A DNA stretch of 64,000 nt. It comes from Selaginella moellendorffii (Eukaryota; Plantae; Lycopodiophyta). The translations under genes and the position numbers were made by a program. Location of the stretch: NCBI RefSeq assembly GCF_000143415.4, contig NW_003314333.1, positions 310,001-374,000 of the forward strand, written 5' to 3'. Each line of letters begins with the position of its first letter. The first letter of the stretch is position 1. The notes beneath the pieces are model-generated. The model saw only the letters and a list, made by a program, of their open reading frames with translations. It made no database searches and was not told the DNA's origin. Below are positions 59,543 to 64,000 of this stretch, piece after piece.

Positions 59543-62500
59543 TTAGCAAAGAAACAAAAATGTTAATCTTTCCTCTTCACCATTCTACTACTCATCCTTG
59601 GAGATTCCGGCATGTTTTGTTGCATTTCAAGAGCCTTTTGAGAGATGAGCTCTGGAAAGACCACCATCTCCAGCAAGTTTCTATAGGCAAGCAGCTGCAT
59701 CTGCAGGCAACCATGAAGAATGTTACTAATGCTTATAATAATAATAGTAATAGTATTCACAAGAGGAGGACGAAAAGAGAGTGTTATTCAAGAAGATGAG
59801 TAAAGCAATTGGTAAAACAAACACAATATAAATCAATTGGTATGATCTTCAGTAGCAATCAAATTGTATAAACACTATAGCTAAAAGTCTTTTAAAATGA
59901 ATAACTTTTTTTTCTTACAAATTTTCAAAATTGGAAACGTCACCTTCACATTCTTTCAAAGTTTAAGTGCATTTGTTTTTGGTGTCTCATAGCCCCTGAA
60001 CAAACAAATAGAGATATTGGGCGCTCTTGATCAATTCAAAGAAACTAATCATTAAAAGCTTACTGGATTTTGTTTCAAGGTGGCCTCTCTCCATTCCTTG
60101 TATTCTAAGCATGTTGCCTTTCCTGAATCTTGTATAAAAACCAAACTAATGCTTTTAGAACTTGTAAGTTGTAACAAGGAAATCAATGCCTTCCTATTGA
60201 CCTCAAGAATGTACAACTTAATGTAAGCAGATCTGCTAATAAAGAGAGCCAGGTCAACAAAAGGTAAAATATTTTTAAAATTTTCTGGTGCATTAAAGAA
60301 TATTTTCTTAATGTTTTAGTGGCAAACAGGTATTTTAAATAAAAGAATAATTTTAATAATATCTAGATCTGGGTGGCAATATTTCCTATTTAATAGAGGT
60401 TTTGATTTCTGACTTAATTTAAATAATAAATTCACTATATTTAGTATTACTAACTATTAAATATTACTATAAATCCATTTGAGTGTCACTTTAACAAATG
60501 CCATTTGTTATTTTATGTGTAATTTATGAGTAAAACTTCATTTATAAATATATCAAATTCAAATACAATACTAATAACTAGTTCTTTTCCGATGTCTTTG
60601 CTTCCTTTGACCATGCATTTGTAATGTTAAGAAACATCAATTTCTTAAGAAAAGTGAACTTGTTATTATAGTTGTAAAGTGTTATTTTCAAATTTAAAGC
60701 ATGTTTCAACTAAAGCCTAGAGCTCCAAATTCATGAATTTCACATAATTAACCAAATATATGGTATATTTTTTTGTTTTTGGATAACTAACACTAGACAG
60801 ACTATGTGTGCAGAAATTTCATAGGATATAACGATATGAATTTATCACATTGTTTTGGAGGATTGACATATTGTTGTCATCCACAAAAGCAATTAGCTAG
60901 AGTGTGTAAAGTTCATATAATAATTTTCTTAACATAATATTCCTCCAATCCAAACAAAACATTTGACTATAGAACTTGCTCTAGATTGACATATAACTTA
61001 CTAAATCTTATGAATCTTTTGTTATTTGATTTAGAAGTAACTAGGCTTTTAGTTACTCAAAAGTATTAGTCCTCCATGTTCTATAATTACATACTCATGT
61101 TTGGGACAATGCAAGTTTCTCGATTGTATGGGCTGACTTACTCATTTTTTTCTTCTGACAATTTCAAGGTTCTTATTTGGTTTTAATGGAAATTAAATTC
61201 CAATATCACTTAAAGCTAATCCCATCACTTTATGAGGTTGTGACCAAGAGGTTGTGTCAATGTTGTAATAAATAAAAATTCCACCAAATCCTTAAAATTA
61301 GATTGACTTGGCCTTTTATACAGGAGTGCATAAAGGTCTATTGTAAGATAGAGATGACTAAGTCATTCTACCAAATTTTATATTAAAATACACATTTAGA
61401 GTAACTTTTTTTCGATAGCCACATTATATGGCAACTTTCAGTAAGCTTTGTTATTAACATTTGGGTAGCAAGTATTTTAAAACTCATTTACTAAAGAAAA
61501 AGAATTAATAAAGCAATCAATGTTAGTAGTTCCTTATATGAGAAATAATTAAATTATTTAAATGTAGAAAATGGCTAAATGACCATGCTAGCCAAGTCTG
61601 TAGTTCTAGACTTATTTTCTGTGTAAACATTACCTTCAACCCACTAAAATGTATCTAAATCAAAATCCCAAATCTAAACACTCCTTAAGGATAATCAAAG
61701 TTGCCTTTCATCTCCACCATTGTGAGTGCATGGAATATGAACTTGTATTACTTATTTGAATCTTCTATAGTGTTTATACCTTTTAAACATTAACAGAACC
61801 ACTTGTGCTTATCATGGTATTCAACATAAATGCATTTCTCTGTGTGTTCATGTAAACTTTACTCTGAATGAAGAAAGCAACTCACTTTCAAATGATTAAA
61901 ACCTTATCTATACCACCATTATAGAGAATTCTAATATCTTAATTTTTTTGTTGTTTCATTAGTGATGAAACTGTAAAGCATTATTAGTGTTTAAAATTCT
62001 ATTCCAACTTAGCATATGTTGTTTAAAAAAGAATTTAAAATGACATTTCTCTTAAATAACTATCACCATCAAGGATTATACTCTATATAAAAGGATTTTC
62101 TAATAAAGAGAGTTAGTAAATAAATGAGTTCACAAGAAGATTTTTATACACTAAAGAATATTCTATTAAGGTTTTAGTTGTAATATTTTTATTAAACAGG
62201 TATTTAAAAAATAATATTTTAAGTATCTAATATTTTGGGAAATACTTGCTCTTTGATATAGGTTTTTCATTATCATCTAATTCAGAAAAGAAATTTTTAT
62301 TTAATATTTTATAATCATTACTTATAATAATTATTTAATTTATATATTTACATTAATTTTTTGTTATTACTATAAAGTCCCTTTTATTGTAATCATAAAA
62401 AATGCCCTATATTTTTTTCAGTGTAATTTATAGATAAAATTTATTTTAATTTCAAATACAATGTCAATATCTATTTTTTTCACCTCATATTCAGATGTTA

Positions 62501-64000
62501 TGAGAATCCAAAGTTTAATATTTGGATTCATCCTATGCAAATGTTGAAATACTTTACAATTTTAACATTTAAAGAATTATGTGTAATTGCAACTTTGTTG
62601 TAAAGCTTCCCATTTATAGTATCACTTCTATAAATGAGAATTAAATCTGTATTGTTGCTTGATGTTGATCCTTTACTTTTAACTATAATGCCCTTGAGTA
62701 TGTTGTCTTTTCTTCCTTTGACCAAATATTTGTAATCTTTGTATTTTTGTTGGTTCTTGTCTACTAATATGAAATCAAGAAAGATTTAAAGAACTTGAAT
62801 GCAATTATAAAGTTTGTATATTTGTAAAGAGCATGGTTGAAAGATAAATATAACATCTAATTGACAACAAAATCTCGGAGAAACTTAAGTCCTAAATTTT
62901 AATACAAAGAAATTTTGGAAAAAAAGTTCTATATACTAATGTAAACACGTTTATGAATAAGCTTGTATAGAATTAAAGTGACCAAACACTGTAAATCTAT
63001 ATTTGGTTTGCTTGAGCAAACTTGTAGTGGTATTGAATATATTTAAATATGCTTGGATTCCATTCCAACAATCTAATAGTTTTTTATTTGTAATTTATAA
63101 ACTTTCCTAAACACTTTCTAGTATATTCTTTTTTGTTCTACTATTGATATGGAATATATTAATCTTGACTTATAAATTATAAATATGTTTATAACTATTG
63201 ATCAACTCAATGAATGATACTACTGCAAATTAATTTCCTTAGTCCAACTTTTATTGGTGCTGAAGTATATCACGAATAGTGTTGGCATCAGAAGGTTCTA
63301 GGAGTGGGCCTATCCTTGAGGAGTACCAAGTCGGGAAGACATGGCTCTCCATTACAATTCACGTGTGAACTTGTACGCAAGGCGGTGGATAGAAAAGGGC
63401 CAATAATGGAACGACTTTGGGATCTTGGGAACAGTGTAAGGCTTTCCTCATTGAATGAGGATGTGATCCAGATGAACGTTTAATGTAGCAAATGGGCTAA
63501 TATAGTTGTGGTAAACAATTATAGTTGGGATCACGGGAAAGATGTAAGACTCCAAAACAATAAAGGAGTCACATGATTACCCTCATATAGTTGAGGCTGG
63601 TGCTCATAACTTTGAGACCAGAATTGATGACCATAGGAAGTCAAATACAGAAGAGGACACAAGTCTTCGAAATGGTAGCCGGGGCTACCTCTAATAAATG
63701 CTGGAACAACCCAAGGAGTTGGGGGTGTACTCAGGTATTCTCATCACATGGACAAGTGGTCTTAAGGGGCAAAAGGGTGCCCCAAGAGAACAAATCAAGT
63801 GCCAGAGTAACACTTGCAAAGATGGTTCTTGTGAGTAGGACTTGAATACAAGAAGTTGTATTCCAGTGAGCTAGCACCTCAAAGGTAAGACCTCACGGGT
63901 TGTCGGATGATAAAGTCTAAAAAGCTGGATGACTCAAATAAGAGTCAAGGAATAATCCTAAGGGATTGGTTGAAGCATTTGGACTGAGGTGTATGGTGCC

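Larger units (their letters stand above)
58148..59875 (-). repeat. Right arm of the inverted duplication
   Basis: Reverse complement of 52282-53971. Confidence 0.92.

Noticed and set aside
63240-64000. Possible LINE 3' relic on the minus strand (C..C...H...C-like pattern)
   Set aside because: Too degenerate to support without a search.

Overview
Eukaryotic plant nuclear DNA. S-motif-rich PLS PPR genes, ~45-60 nt introns and a Tcn1-like chromovirus suggest a lycophyte such as Selaginella (inference). About 70% of the window is nested transposons. The left end holds a PLS-class PPR gene, an inverted decayed copy of it, and a decayed REase+kinase-like gene. A chromodomain Gypsy (5850-10367, TSD TTTCA) appears to self-prime and carries a MITE. 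The main candidate for a new system is an ~11.7 kb Sola-like DNA transposon (17860-36811 including a nested LARD; 24-bp TIRs, TSD TGTA). It encodes a DDD-type transposase and a divergent ~1500-aa multi-exon cargo protein (ParB-like, DNA-methyltransferase-like fold, FCP1/HAD). About 20 copies of a 22-bp palindrome (ATGGCRTGWGGCCWCAYGCCAT) sit mostly in its introns and non-coding DNA and are retained in its MITEs. A second oddity is a 13-kb composite insertion (39168-52235, TSD TGGAC): a circularly permuted Gypsy bounded by inverted TRIM LTRs. Three copies of one LARD family are present at different ages. The right end holds a 1.7-kb inverted duplication (tRNA-Ala plus a His/Pro-rich membrane protein) around an RKD pseudogene, a ZAT-like C2H2 gene and a PPR remnant. 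All domain calls are by eye; no searches were run.
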